Source: Lama guanicoe
Taxonomy: Eukaryota
Direction of reading: 5' to 3'
DNA: 64,000 nucleotides
Assembly: GCA_013239625.1 (NCBI GenBank)
Contig: MU053561.1
Coordinates: forward strand, 1,535,818 to 1,599,817
The notes under the pieces are model-generated. The model had not been told where the DNA came from, searched no databases, and saw only the letters and a program-made list of their open reading frames with translations. The translations under genes and the position numbers were made by a program. The first letter of the stretch is position 1; every line of letters begins with the position of its first letter. This document shows, piece after piece, positions 37,593-51,200 of this stretch.

Positions 37593-37960
37593 CTCACAGC
37601 GGATTTGGGGGGGGGAGTTGTGGGGGTAGGATCCAGGAAGGGGAGGATCAGAAAAGGATCTGGGAGAGGAGAGATAAGGAGAACCATGTTAACAATTTTG
37701 CTTCCCCCTCCTCTTTCTGTCATTTCAGATAAGGGCACATTAATCCTCTGAGTGTGAGGGTATAGCCAACAGGTGGCAAGGCCCATCCCTGCACAGAAGG
37801 CAGCTGCTAGGGGTGAGAAGGGCTGCCAGGAAAGGGAGCTTCAGGTGGGAATTCGCACAGAGCAGTTAACCTTCACCCTGAAACGCGCCCCACTCCACTC
37901 CCGCCGCTCACAGAGGAGACCACGACCCCGAGGGCCATGCACTCAGAACATTCCCGAGAG

Positions 37961-38082
37961 CAGTGATGCTAAAAGGGTTGTCCAGGGACCAGCTGCAATG
38001 GAATCCCCTGACCTTCTGGTTAACAATGCAGATTCCTGCACCCGACCTGGGGCCTCCAGGGTCTGAATCTCTGTAGGTGGGA
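37961..38082. mobile_element. hAT-Charlie MITE fragment (MER5-like)
   Basis: cagtgatgctaaaag...gaccagctgc...ttaacaatgcagattcctg...tgaatctctg. Confidence 0.6.
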
Positions 38083-41000
38083 TAGTCCACCCCCCAGTCA
38101 CTTTCTCTCACATCATCCCATTTATTTTCTTCTTTGCACATAGACAGTTATCTGAAATTGGTTTCCTGTCTTCCCCATGCTAGTGTATAATCCAGAGGAG
38201 CAGCCACTGCCTGCTCAGAACAGTCCATATCACGTATCAGGGGCTTCAGAAACATTTGTTGGGTGAGTGAATAGGTGAGTTAATGGGAGATGGGGAGAAG
38301 GAAAGGAGGTTTTGAATGCCTGCCCTGGTGAATAAGCCAAGCTGAGCCCAGGTCCTATGCTCCAAGGTCCTCAGGCAGTATGAGTCAAGACGGCAGCCAA
38401 GAGAGAGGGGGGTTGCTCCCCACTGGGGTTAAAACAACATCGAGAGATTGCGGAGCTTCTACAAGCCACGGGCCCTACTGCGTTCACACACAACAGTCTC
38501 ACAGAGAAGCATCTCACCACAGCAAACATATGGATCCCACCAGCACCCAGGCACAGTGTGAGCCATCCCTTTGCACCTTTTATCAGAAAAGCCTTTAATG
38601 CACACCTGTCATTCTTAAATTGTCCCTACGATGTCAGTATGAAGATAGCATTGCTACCTCTAATTTGAGAGCCACGGAAATTAAGGCCCTAAAAGTAATG
38701 ACAACATACTATAGGTCACAAAACAGAAAGGGAAAAAAGGACCAAACTGAAACCTGATCTTTTTGCCTCATAAACCAGCAATCCTACTGCTTCCTGTATT
38801 TTCTTTGCTGCTTATTCTTGAGGCCACTGTGGGTTTTGTAACAGGCAAGAGGGAGGGGGGACCTTAGCACTACACCATTGTGAGTAATGCACATCATACT
38901 TCATCTCCCTGTGAATTTCCTTCCCTGCTTTTGTACAACAAAGTCATTAAAATTGGTAGTACTGTCTATGAAGATGACTAATGTACTCACCAATACAGCC
39001 TGTTAAATGTAACACCTTTCTTATATAACATGCTATTACATCAGCCTTTAAAATCCCCACTCCCAGGTTGTAACGGCCATCTTCTGGTTGGAGAGCCTTA
39101 CACACATTGTGAAGTCAGAGGATCACAGGCTAGCACATCTAGCTCTGAAGAACCAATCATGCGGTCTGAGTCCTCCCCTCCCTGTCACGTCATCAGTGTG
39201 GGAGCAGAAGCCTGGGGATTGCACCTGGCCTGGGTGCAGTATGGGTGGAATTCCTGTTTCTTGCTTGCAAGACTCTTCATAGGATCCCAGTGCCTGGCAT
39301 AGCTGTGAATCCCACGTCAGGGCCTACCCGGCATTACCTGGTATGTGTCCTTTTCACTGTTGACTGGTTAGACACAAAACCCCTACAGCCCTGATGCTTC
39401 GGACTGCCTTAATAATGCCTGCATGTCCCTTTTACACCGACGTGCCCCCACTCCTCAGGGCAGCTGTGCGTACACAGGCAGTGCGTGTCATGACAGCTAT
39501 AAGCTCCTGAGGGCCATGCGGGGACTCTTACTGGGAAGAGTGTTTAGAGCTAACGGAGCAGTTAAGCGCACTTCTAGAAAGCCGGGGGAGAAAGGCCTCC
39601 CACTGTAATGGTGGGCGAAGGTGGTCCCCTTCCTACGAGGGTGGTGCTTACTCCTGGGCGCTCTCCTGGGTCCCTCCCACAGCAGCTCTGAGAACCATCG
39701 TTGTCACAGGCTGTGTCAGTCCCAGCATCAGCATGAGCCGGGAGAGGATCTAGAAGCTGGCTGTGAGAGGGTCTTCTCTCACTTGCCAGGGGCAAAAATA
39801 TTAACAAGCATTTCCTGTCCTGGGGCAGAGAAGCCACCAGAAGTTCTGAAGACTGAAGTGGCATCATTCTTCTGGTGGGGTTTGAGTGCTTTGACCTCAT
39901 GGAGGAGTTGGGCTCCCAAGTCTGCTGTGTTTTATGTATCTGTTCTCAATATAGTTCTGAGAGGCAAGCAGAATCAAAGACCACCACCCCTTTTCAAGGC
40001 TAGGAGAGCCCTCCCCCCTCTCCGTGCAGGGAGTGTCTCATCCATCCCTCAGGATGCAGCGCGTTGGTAACACCCCTCGGACACCTTGTCAGAATCACCT
40101 GCATGGTCTACCAGAAGCAGGGAGTCTCCTTCCTCTGTGCCCCTGCAGGACCCTGCACACCCCTCGGTGACAGTGGTGTGCTCTCTTTATTGGCTCTAAA
40201 GTCTGCTTCCTCAGTAGACTGTGCTCCTCTACAGAGCACAGGCAGGTTCTCTTTATCTTTGTAGACCCTTCCCTCCCTCCCTACCTACACTCTACTCCAC
40301 CCCAAGTCCAGTTTTAAAGGTTGGCACATCAAAGATACAGAGAGAACAAAGAAGAAAAAAACAAAAGGAGGAAGGTTAAGAGGCTTACCCAAAGACCCAG
40401 CAATTGAGCATCAGAGTTCTGACATTCTGTGCAGCACTTAATTCTAAATGAGATTGTCATCACGCTTATTTGATTGTCCACAACGAGTGACACATATATT
40501 TCAGAATAATTTTACTGCTAAAGGAATGATGAACATACAGCACAGGCCAGTTCATTCTTAAGTATGATTAGACGATGGCTTATAGGCTCCATCTGTGTTT
40601 TAAATCAGGATAATTTTCAGGTCTAATGGAAATTCCATGGTGGCTTTGACTTCATAGGGGAGGGACTTGGAGCTAATCAGCCTTGGGAATGCCACCATCT
40701 GAGATGCCAAGGAAAAAACAAAGGAATGCAATCGATTAAGAGTCTCCCTTCAAGGCCATTCCAAGGCTACGAGGCTGCTGAGATGAGATGAGACTGGAAT
40801 CCTAGCCACAGGCTTAATTGCTTTGCAAGAGGCCACAGCTGTTGCTTGTAGGGAAGAGCAGGGCAAAATCCTGTTTTCTTGCTTTCAACTTTCTGCTGAC
40901 CTCGTTGGAGGAGGTTTCCGAGCTGCCTGGTGCCCATGCCTATCCCAAGTGGTTCTCTTCTCAGAGTCTGGTGTCTTGTCTTTGCATCTCATAATATTCT

Positions 41001-43992
41001 CAGCACTTAACATAGTGCCTGGAATATGGTGTTTGCCCAAGAAATATCTATTTGATGAATTAATTAAGCCACCAAAAGTAGAGCTTTAATAGGGCATGCT
41101 AGCTCTCTGGCACACAAGATAGATGCCCCTCCAGTTTTTCAACCAAGCTTTCCCTTGGCCCTTTCACTAGAATATTGGAACATGAAGAAAAGAGAAATCG
41201 TGTGAAAAACATTTTAATTTTGTCCAGCCTGTAACTGTCTGCTCAAATGTTCCCGTTCATATTCCAGATTTTCCATGACCAAATCAGCTGTTTGGGGGCC
41301 TGTTTTGTTCCTCTTGCTGGCGGTGGTGGTAGTTTTTCTTCTTTAGTGACAACCAGTTTCTGAGAAATTAATGTCTTGCCACATATTTGCATCCTCTTCT
41401 GGCCTTTGAAATAGTTAAAAACGCCTAAAGTCCGGCAGAAGAGGAATGCAGAGGGACTTTGCCAGAAGTTGGTCACATTGGGTAAGATCTAGAGAGTTAT
41501 TGGCTTAAGTGGTGTTAAGCAGTGCCTGTGGCTGGAAAAATGAAAGGAAATAGAATCCCCTCCAAGAATCAGGAATAGCGGGACCTCGTCCTAAAATAAA
41601 TAGGCCGAAGAAGCACGGGTGGCAATGGCTTAATCCTCAAACCTGACCTCGCCTTTTATTTCACTGAAGTTTCCAAACTTTTGTCTCTGCTCCCTCTCTG
41701 TAGCCTTAGGCCCAAACATGGTTTGAGACTTTAAGCAATGTAGATTTGTCCACTTTTTTTTTTTATCTTTAGAGATGCAGTGTGCCTTCTGCATGAATTT
41801 CATAAATGTTGGCAATGAAAAAGCTAAGGGAGTTGAACCCCTGACTGACCACCCTCAGTCTTTCTTATTACTGTCTGCAAATTAGACTCTCTCCTAGTGA
41901 CCACTCACTTTCCAAAGTCAAAACCTTAGTGTTGTGCGTGTTTTTTTGTTAACACCTTACTGACTGCAGCCAAGGGGTTACTTTATTCCTAGGAGAATGC
42001 TCAGCTTCTTTCCGTGCCCTACATATTGTTTTCCCTTGCTTTGTGAACCTTGAAACTCACATGTTTCAGACTCATTTACACTCAACTCATAGGCCACTCA
42101 GTAAGGGTCAGTTGATATTCGCCAAGCATTTCATTAAGAGTGATTCACCTTTTTGCTAAGGGTGTGCATGCCAAAATAACAGAAGGTTTGAAATACAAAG
42201 CACGTGCAAAACTGAGCAAAATTTCTCTGCTGCTCCTCCTGCCCTCTTCCCCTCCTCCACACTTGCAGCAATAACTTAGTCACGAGGCTGTTTATTTTGT
42301 GCCATCTATCCCCAAGCTAAAATATGGGCGTTATACTTTAGCCTTAAAACCACCATGCAGAACCAAGAGCGAAGACACAGCAATACATATGCATCCGCCA
42401 AGTGTTCTGAAAAATGCATCTGCTCGTAGCCTAAGGCCAGTGTCCTTCATAGTGAGGAGAAAAGTGTTGGGTCTACAAAACAGCCCAGGGAAGTGAAGTT
42501 GAAACTGATTGAAGTGAATTACTCCTAAAGACTTGATTCTCCCTTCCTTTGAAGGCAGGAGTAAATTTGGTTTCCTTCATCCAGGTGGTCCTCAGATGTC
42601 CTAAATTAAAACATAGGGAGAATGGGTTTCTCACAGCCTCTCTACCCTGACCTGTCTACCAGGGGCTCAGTCCCTGTGTCATGTTTCTGTGCAGTCCACC
42701 CAGTGGAATCTACAGTGGCAAGCCGGCAATGTCGAAGCACAGTTTCTTTCTCCTTGCTGGAAGTAGGCCAAGATTGTGAATGTTAATCACCCAATTCTTG
42801 TAAAAGGCACCACGGGGCCTTTAATAAGCGCAAACGGCCAGAGTCTCAATTTTACACTTCATCTGTGAGACTTTGTCAGAGGGAGGTGGAAGTTCTAAAC
42901 GAATGTTTATACCGTATCCGAAGCTAGAAGTAGAAAGTCAGAGCCCTGTAGTTGTTGATCTCAGAGACTTGAAACTTGATGAAAGACAGGATTTGAGTAA
43001 TGGTTTTCCATTGCTTTTGAGGCCACATCGAAAAATCAAACGTTTCAGAGAGCGAATACCTCTCCTGAAGTATCTTCCCCGCCCAACTCCATCCACTTTG
43101 CCCTCATGCCGCCGCCACCCCGGGATTTGGAATTCCCATCTGGGCTTCTGCCTCAGGAATAAAGTCTTTCTGTTCCTTCTACTTCCTGCCTCCCTGGAAC
43201 ACTTTGATGGCAACACGAGCTCAGGTCTTACATCTTCTTAAGTGACTTTATTGTAGGTGGGAAAATTACCGGGGTGCAACCTCTACAGATAAACAGGATA
43301 AGTATGGATTTTAACTTTGTTCTGCTTACTTCTCTTTCTCTAGCAGGTAGCTTAAGCTGGCAGAACTTAAATTTTGTTGTCTGAAAACTGTATCTAAACC
43401 ATCTATTATATAGTTATTATGAGGATCAACTGACAAAAAGTTATTGATGGACTTTGTAAATTACAAAATATATGAATGTAAACTACGTGTTATTATAGCC
43501 CTTTATCGTTATTGTTTATTATGCAGAGGACTTCCAGGAGAGGGTATTTTTAAGGAAATAATTTTTTAAGGAATGGATTCATTTTCTCCAACTTTCTATT
43601 GGTATTATATCCAAGAAAGGATTAGGAACCATTGTCATTTCTGCCTCATTCAAAGGAACCAGATGAAACCAGTTATTTTTTCTTTGCTCCAGTGGAGCAT
43701 TTCGAGGAATAAATAGAAAATGGTTTTGTATTGTTTGTGAAGTTATAGTGAAAACATTATTTATGCATTTTCATTAAAGTTGTAAATACTTTTTATTTAC
43801 AAAGAAAAAAAAATGACCCTAGAGTCCAAATTTCTAAAGTGGCAGAAATCTTTTAACAAATAATCTGAGTCATCAAATATTTCCTTTGTGAGCCAGACCT
43901 TTATCCTACTGTACAGAGTTTTAAGTGGAATTCAAAAGATTGATTACTATTAATGTGTTTTAGGAAAGCACATTCAACCCTAAGGTTTTTCC

Positions 43993-44085
43993 TTTTCAAA
44001 TACAGCTTTATTGAAATATAATTGGCGTACAAAACCCTGTACATATTTAATGTATACAGACTATGAGTTTGAACATATGCGTACA
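43993..44085 (-). mobile_element. LINE-1 (L1MA/MB-type) extreme 3' end
   Basis: cagctttattgaaatataattgg...ctgtacatatttaatgtatac...atgagtttg. Confidence 0.75.
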
Positions 44086-45044
44086 ACTTTGGAAAGTAAA
44101 TGGTCACCCGAAGAGATTTCTTTTTGGCTTTTCAATAAAAAAACAGTAACAATGACTGATGGTGATTAGTCATAAGGTTTAACTCTGTGGGATTTTTCGT
44201 TGCTAATATTTATGACATACATACAGAATGCACATTTCTTCTCTAAATATGAAGTAGACAAATCCATATTGATTTCATTTCCATTAACAGTAGTTGAGAA
44301 TCATCTTAGAAAGTGATGTCTCCTTTCCTCTGTAAGTATTTTGCTCTCCTATTTAGTAATTTCTTTAATTTGGCATGAACTTCCCAACTTAAAATGTTCC
44401 TGCAAGTCACTGTGCAGTGAACTTTCCCCAGGCCCACACAAATGATGCTTACTAATTTTGTGTTGGCCCTGCCTACATTCACCTGTGCCACCTCCTGCTA
44501 CTGCTACTACAAATTTCTGCTTCGCTGTTCAGTTTTTTTTATTGCAAATCTAGTAAAAGCAAGCATCTATCTACAAAACATTCCCTATTATTGTATATTC
44601 ATAGTAAAACAAATCCAGGGGGAGCTAGAAAGTAGCGTAGAAGACTTTGAGCAGCAGGATGAAGCCTAGGAGACATTACTTGTTATTTTTCCTTTCCACT
44701 ATAGACTGAAAAAAGGTTTAAATATTTCAGTTGTTTCCTGAAGATCACTCAACTTAGTTTGATTTCTGCACTAACATAAGCCTTTAGCTTTAGATTCCTT
44801 CTCATTCAAGTTTTTCTTAAGTGTGTAGGAGTTTGTCCATAACAAAGAATCTGTGTCCCCTTTATATTTCAAAATAATGTTTTTACCAAAGTTGGGGAAT
44901 GCATCAGGGTCTATTTTTCCAAGCACAAGTTTCTCAACAATCATTAAGAGAAATGAGATTGCAGGAAATTTTTCTTCTTTTTGTAAAATCATTTGAAATA
45001 AATATACCAAAATTCCTTTCATAAATATCTAGATATATATTTTT

Positions 45045-47760
45045 ATTCATTCAGCAAACATATACGTAAAAAGTTTGATGATGATGGGCCCTCTGAAGAG
45101 TAGAGTGGAGAGGGAGAGGTAGAGATTAAGAGAGAGAAAAAGAGAGAGGAGCAATTTTAGACAGAGTACAGGGAAGATCTAAGGAGACAAAGAGTTATGA
45201 AGATAGTCAGTGAGAGATCATTAGAGGGAGAGGAAATGGCGTGTGCAAAGGCCCTACATCAAGAGGCTTTGTGGCATGTTGTAGAAACAGGGAGAACCCT
45301 TGCGAGGGGAAGAGAGGGGGCAAGGGGAGCCTGGGAGACAGGGAGTCAGAGGTGTCAAGGGACCAGATCACATCATACTTCCAGGTTGTGTTAAAGATTT
45401 TGGATCGTCTCTGAGTGAAATGAGATACTAGTTAAGAATTTGTCGGGGCATGGGGGAGACACAGACTGACAAATTTTAAAAGTACCACTTTGGTTACAGA
45501 ACTGATCATTAGGGGCAAGGATGGAAGCAGAGCAAGCTGCTAGAAGACTGTACTAGTGCAAGGGATAGAGGATGATGGCTCAGACCAGTTGGGATGCTGT
45601 GGAGGTGCTGAAGTGTGGTTGGATTCCAGGTATATTTGAAGGAAGACTCTTTAGGGAATTGCTTTGAATTAGATGTGCGATGTGATTGAAAGAGACAAGA
45701 TAAACGTGACTCCAAGATTTTGCCCTGAGAACCAGGAACATTTATGAGATGAGGAAGAAGATAGGAGGAGCAAGACTGGAGGACAGTTCAAAAATCAAGA
45801 GCTCTTCTTTGAGCAAGTCAAGTTCAAAAGGCTATGGACATCTGAATAAAGAAGTCTGTAGTTCAGGGAGGAGTCTGAGTTAAAGTTACAAACTGGGGAG
45901 CCATCAGCACAGAAATCGCTTTTGAGGCCAAGACACTAGAATGCGATTTTCCCTAAGAGTGAGTGTAGTCAGGGAAGAAATCCAAGAACTGAGCCACGGA
46001 AACCATAATGTAAAAAGAGGTAGCAAAAGTCAGGAGAAGCAAGAGAAAAATACAGAAAAGAGGTGATTAGAGACAGATCAGAATCTAACTAGACAAGAAG
46101 AAGAAAAGAGAAGAAGAAGAGAAAGAAGAAGTCCCAGAAGCCAAGAGAATTCTTTGGAAAGAAGTCATGTCAGATATATGATAAGTGAGCAAGATGAGGA
46201 CTGAGAAAGGCCCACTTAGTTTGGCAATGTAAGGTCACTTTTGAACTTGGAAGAGGCTGTTTTGATGGAGTGATGGGGCTGAAGGCCCAATTAGAGTTGG
46301 TTTAGAGGAGCCTAAGAGGAGAAAAATGGAGGCAGCAAAATAGGGAAAACTTAAAGGAGCAGAGCTGGAAGGCAGTGTGAGGACAGGGCAGGGGTTTGTT
46401 TGGTTTTTAACCATGGAATATAGTATTTAGCTTGTTCGTATGCTGATGTGAATAGTTTAGTAGAAAGGAAATCGTTGACGATACAGGAAAAATATAAAGG
46501 ATTTCAGGAGGTGTGTGTTGGTTTGCCATAACACAGTACCACAGACTGGGTGGGTAAGACAACAGAAATTTATTGTCTCAGTTCTGGAGGCTGAAAGTCC
46601 AAGATCAAGGTGTTGGTAGGATTGGTTTCCACTGAGGACCTCTCTTCTTGGCTTGTAGATGGCTGTCTTCTTCTGTTATCATCATGGGGTCTTCCCTCTA
46701 TACCTGTCTGTGTCCTGATCTTCTCCCCTTATCTGGACACTAGTCATATTGGATTAGGTTCCATCCTTATGACATCATTTAACCTTAATTACCTCTTTGC
46801 AGGTCTTATTTCCAAATGCAGTCGCATTCTGAGGAACGGAGGTTAGGACTTCAACCTCTGAACTTTGGAGGGACACATTTCAGCCCATAGCAGATGCCCT
46901 CAAGTAGGGAAGAAGGGATGACGCGAGTGCATATATAGGTGGTTTTAGCGCATCCATAAGAAGAAGATGAAAGGAAGACAGTAGGGGAACAGATGTACAG
47001 AGTTTCCTTTGTTCGGTGTTTTTTTCCTGAAATAAGAAGCCAAGTGATAGCCAAGAGGGAAGCTGGAAGAGATGGTAGTGGTTTAGGAAGAATGGAAAAG
47101 AGGTAAAGCAGCCATCTGGAAGAGTGGCGGAGCGACTGGGGAAAGGAAGTAGAGCAGACTCTCTGGGCAGCACCGGGGCCCACGTGAACTAAGAGGTCAT
47201 GGCTTGAATGTGAGCTCCATCCGTGCAGCTGAGCGCTGTTTCCCCAGTTATGTTCAGGAATGGGGATGATGTGGATAGTCAGATCCGGGCTTAATTGAAG
47301 TTGTGGGTTTGCTAGATAGGAGTACAGTGAAGGGAAAGAGCAATGGGAGGGCTGAGTATGTGTACAAGGTCACGATTATACTGCCGAACCATGGAATCGA
47401 AGGTGGTAGGAAAAAGATAAGATAAGGAAGGATGACTGACAGTGAACATGGAGTGGGAATCAGTAGATTTGTAGCTTTCTGGGAACTTGGGGAACTGCTG
47501 GAGACAGGAGACTAAAATGAGTTAAAAAGAAAGGAAGTGCTAGTCATGGAGAGGAGCACTTGAAATGAGATCTGGAGTAGCCGTGGTCATTGGCCATGAC
47601 TACACTGGGGTAGAACTCTAGGAATGACCTGGGAGTCTTGGATTTCCTGTGTGACTGAGCTACAAGGTTGTGGAGAGAGAAGAGATAAATCCTGACAGTC
47701 TCTAATACCAAGGTGGGAGTGGCCATGTTTGCGGTGGAAGGTGGGTCCAGCTGTTCCGGG
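45045..47760 (-). mobile_element. Long degenerate L2 LINE, interrupted by an MLT1A-like LTR
   Basis: Begins ttcattcagcaaaca (antisense L2 tail); long purine-rich tract with L2 hallmarks (gtgcaaaggccct, ggattccaggtatatttgaagg, gactccaagattttg, ttggcaatgtaaggtca). Confidence 0.75.
46514..46892 (-). mobile_element. MaLR solo LTR (MLT1A-like)
   Basis: gccataacacagtaccacagactggg...aacagaaatttattgtctcagttctggaggctgaaagtccaagatcaaggtg...ggttaggacttcaac...gacacatttcagcccatagca. Confidence 0.9.
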
Positions 47761-48074
47761 CCCAGGGAACCATGGCGGCAGAGTAAGTGAGTGGGGCAGG
47801 GACTGTTTATCTGAATCCTGAGGAATCACTGTGCATTCAACACACTAACATTGAGCATAGATAACAGCTCTAAAGAGTGTCGGCTGAGTATGGCTATAGG
47901 GGGGATAATACAGTGGTGAGGATAATTTTTAATGTGCTTTGTTTGAGCAATCATAGTTCATGGCCATTCTTTGTCTGATGTTCATGTACACATTGTGACA
48001 GCCTACCAGGAAATTATATTCACAACAGGCCTATGGGCACTTAGGATGATGCAGGGGAAGAACCTGAGATTTAC

Positions 48075-48265
48075 AGTGAAAGGTGCCTGAGCTCAAGGTC
48101 AGGTTTTGCCCCTTTCCACCTGTGAGACATAGAGCAAGATATTTAAACACTCTGAGCTCCAGTTTACTCTTCTGGAAAATGGAGTCAATAGTATCGTCAT
48201 AACAGGGTAGTTGTGAGGGTTAAATAACACAGTGGGCTCAAAGGCTGAGTGTTAAGTAGTATTAC
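48075..48265 (+). mobile_element. MIR SINE
   Basis: tgtgagacatagagcaagatatttaaacactctgagctccagtttactcttctggaaaatgg...gttgtgagggttaaataa. Confidence 0.75.
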
Positions 48266-51200
48266 TAAAATGATGTTATGAAACAACATCATAGATGGAT
48301 GAAGTTTCAACTTAGGAATAGTTATAATAGTTGCGAGGTTAAATCTCACATTGCCCTGCCTGGGAACCCATTGCTAAGCTGTCACTTCTTTAAGTTCCTT
48401 CGCTGGGGAGACCTCCTAGACTAGCTAGACAGGCTTCCATCCGGGAGAGGGCAGTTGTGGGTTACACATGTTAGTTACCTCAGGATTTATGAAGTCAAAG
48501 CTGCTCTTCTGAGGCATCTTCCTAGGGAGGTCCCCTCTGAGAGCTGACCTTTCTCTAGACCTCTGGTTATGTGCTTTTCTTTTCAAGATAGCATCAAGCG
48601 GATGCTTCCCTGCAGTTGAATTCCTTGAGTGGGACCACCTTAGTAAGTTGTTGTGCATGTGTGTGTGCAAGTATGTGTGCTTGTGTGTGTCCATGTGAAA
48701 CACAACTACTGCTCAGGCAGCTCTGACAGTCCTTGAAACTCATAAATGAGGACGTCCCTCTAGGAAGCCTTTCTCAGTGAAATGGGCTTGAGGAATGAGA
48801 ATAATTTATCCATTGTGTCACCTTAAATTATCAGGAAAGCACGGTGTTACTTCCATATAGATCTGGTTTTGGAATGATTATTATCCACCTTTTTTGATAT
48901 TCTGCTTGGTGTTTTTCTCCTACAGCTGGGACCTGGGATTCCAAGCACCAAGAGGGGAGAGAAACTTTGATTCTCCTCCACTAATCGCATTAGTGATTCA
49001 GAAACACTAATGAGTTTCTTTTGCTTGCAATGAGATTATTTTTAGCAGGATATCCAAGAACAAAAAATAAGCATCTAAATCTGCATTTTTCCCCTTTTGG
49101 GGGAAAGATGTTGGATGCTGGGGATCTTTGCAGGATGTAGCCTTGAGTGCATAAATTGAGTCATGGACAGTTAAGAGAGTTGCAGCTATATAGTCAAACA
49201 GATATTTGAATGGTGTTTATTAATCTCCCAAGTTTAATAACACACATGCAAGTATACAGTGAATGCACATGTTTTTTCTATCCTCAAGCCCTGGGAAACA
49301 GATTGCTGTGACATGATCACTCACCTGCGGTCACTTTGTAGAGACAAACTCCTACACTTCTCAAGAACTCACTGAAAATATCTGTAAGTGTCAGAACTGA
49401 GGCTCAGTGAAGAGCCTTGACTGTTTAGTCACCAGTAAGGATGGCTCATCTCTGCCCCACACTCATTCCACCCTACACTGTGTCCCTGGAGTGCTATGAG
49501 GGTGCTATGAATTTCATGCAGATGTCCATGTCAGCATCTCTCTGTGGGCACTGCTGGCTGTCTGAACAAGGGGCAGAAATTCTACCCTCTTCCTCCCAAG
49601 ATCCAACCCTATCCCTCATAACAACTGGTATGGGGCTGCCCCCTGGAGGTTTAAGAAAACCTGTTCCCTTAAAGGCAGGCCAGAGGCATTTCAGATTTTG
49701 AAGCTGGAAGAGATCATCTGACCATCCAATCCAGGCCCTTTACATAGGATAGGGTGGCTTCAACATTGGGGATCAATTTGCACAGATGCAGTCATTTTCA
49801 GAGATCCCTCCCAGCATTTCAAGACAGTGGGATTCATAGTAAATTCCTTATCAGGGAACTTAATGCAGCTTTTGAAACTGGGAAAGTTTATCTATTTGTA
49901 TCCAGATTGTTCAGGAAGATCACTTGTGCCTTGATAGCACTGATCAGGTACCTACTGCAGACAAGACAGTGAGCTTAGCATTATCTATGAGTCGTTTGCT
50001 TCTTGACCACTATAACTCACCTGTTAATCCCAGCATATTTATTCAGGAAATAAATTACGCATAGTAGCTGCTCAACTTTTTGGTGTTATGACAATGATTA
50101 TGTTAAAAGCAGTAATCCTCTGACCTCTCTCTTGGCAGGAAGGTGCTGTTGTCACCAAGTAATAGGCTGTGCTTTTTGTGTCTCGGCATAATCAATTTCA
50201 AATCATTAGCACTGGTTCCCCAAACTACACACAGTGGGGTCAAATGGCTCATGATGCTGGGTGGGCACTTACTAAATATGTAGGGATGAGCATGTGAGGC
50301 TGAGAGAATAAATATTGATGGACGTGGACTAGCTGAATTCTCTCACTACATTTGCAAATCTGTGTAATTTGGGGCAGGGCGGATGGGGAAACTCTCCACA
50401 TTACAGCTTCCTTCTGTTTATAGAGAGAGTTAGGAGTCAATTAAATGTGATATAAAGTGATGATCACACTATGTTATTAATCAGGAGAAAAGCAGGTCAC
50501 AAAGACATCTGTTACTGTTTGAAAAAATAAAAATGTGTGTTTAAGCCAAGAAAAGCTGTTTTGTTGGAATATTAGTGATTTTCTCTGGCTGGTAGGATAA
50601 TGATTGATTTGTATTGTCTTTGAGAAAATCAATTAGGAAAAAGAAAAGGGAAAGAAAGTACGGCACTATTGAAATCCTAGGTGGCAGATTCCAGTTGTTC
50701 TCATTTGGTGAATTTGAAGTCAAGATGAGCATTGAGGCAAGGGGCAAAAAGAGGTGCTGCCTGGGAACTAGTGCATGTAAGAGTTTTGCTCCGCTGCAGA
50801 GAAAGAGAAATGATTAAAGGTTTGTTATCATTTCTAAGCAACAGGCATACTCGTCAAGCAATTTTGAAATAGCACAAATGTTTTTTTAAGATGTTAAGTT
50901 GCTGGACTCTATTTCATATTGACTAAGCTGAAATTGTCCAAACTCCTTTGAATAAGAGATTTAAGGATGAGGGCTATACCACTTTCAGAGGGAGATTTCC
51001 CTTCTCAGTGGAGCTAAGCAGTATTTCTAAAATATCTGGCTGGATCTTAAAAGTCACTCGTGACAGGTGATAATTGATTACATATTGAGTTTTGCCAGAA
51101 ACTCTAATGTCGTTGGCATATAGAGACATAGCATTACCCCAGTGTGTATGTGCAGAGAACTGGAACGCAAATAGAAGGCTTCATATATTAAATGTAATGT

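Noticed and set aside
39621..40070. 149-aa ORF with a signal-peptide-like N-terminus
   Set aside because: Starts at GTG rather than ATG, no recognisable family, and an overlapping antisense ORF is of similar size; expected by chance in GC-richer DNA
46095..46131. GAA-rich tract
   Set aside because: Impure low-complexity expansion inside L2; unremarkable
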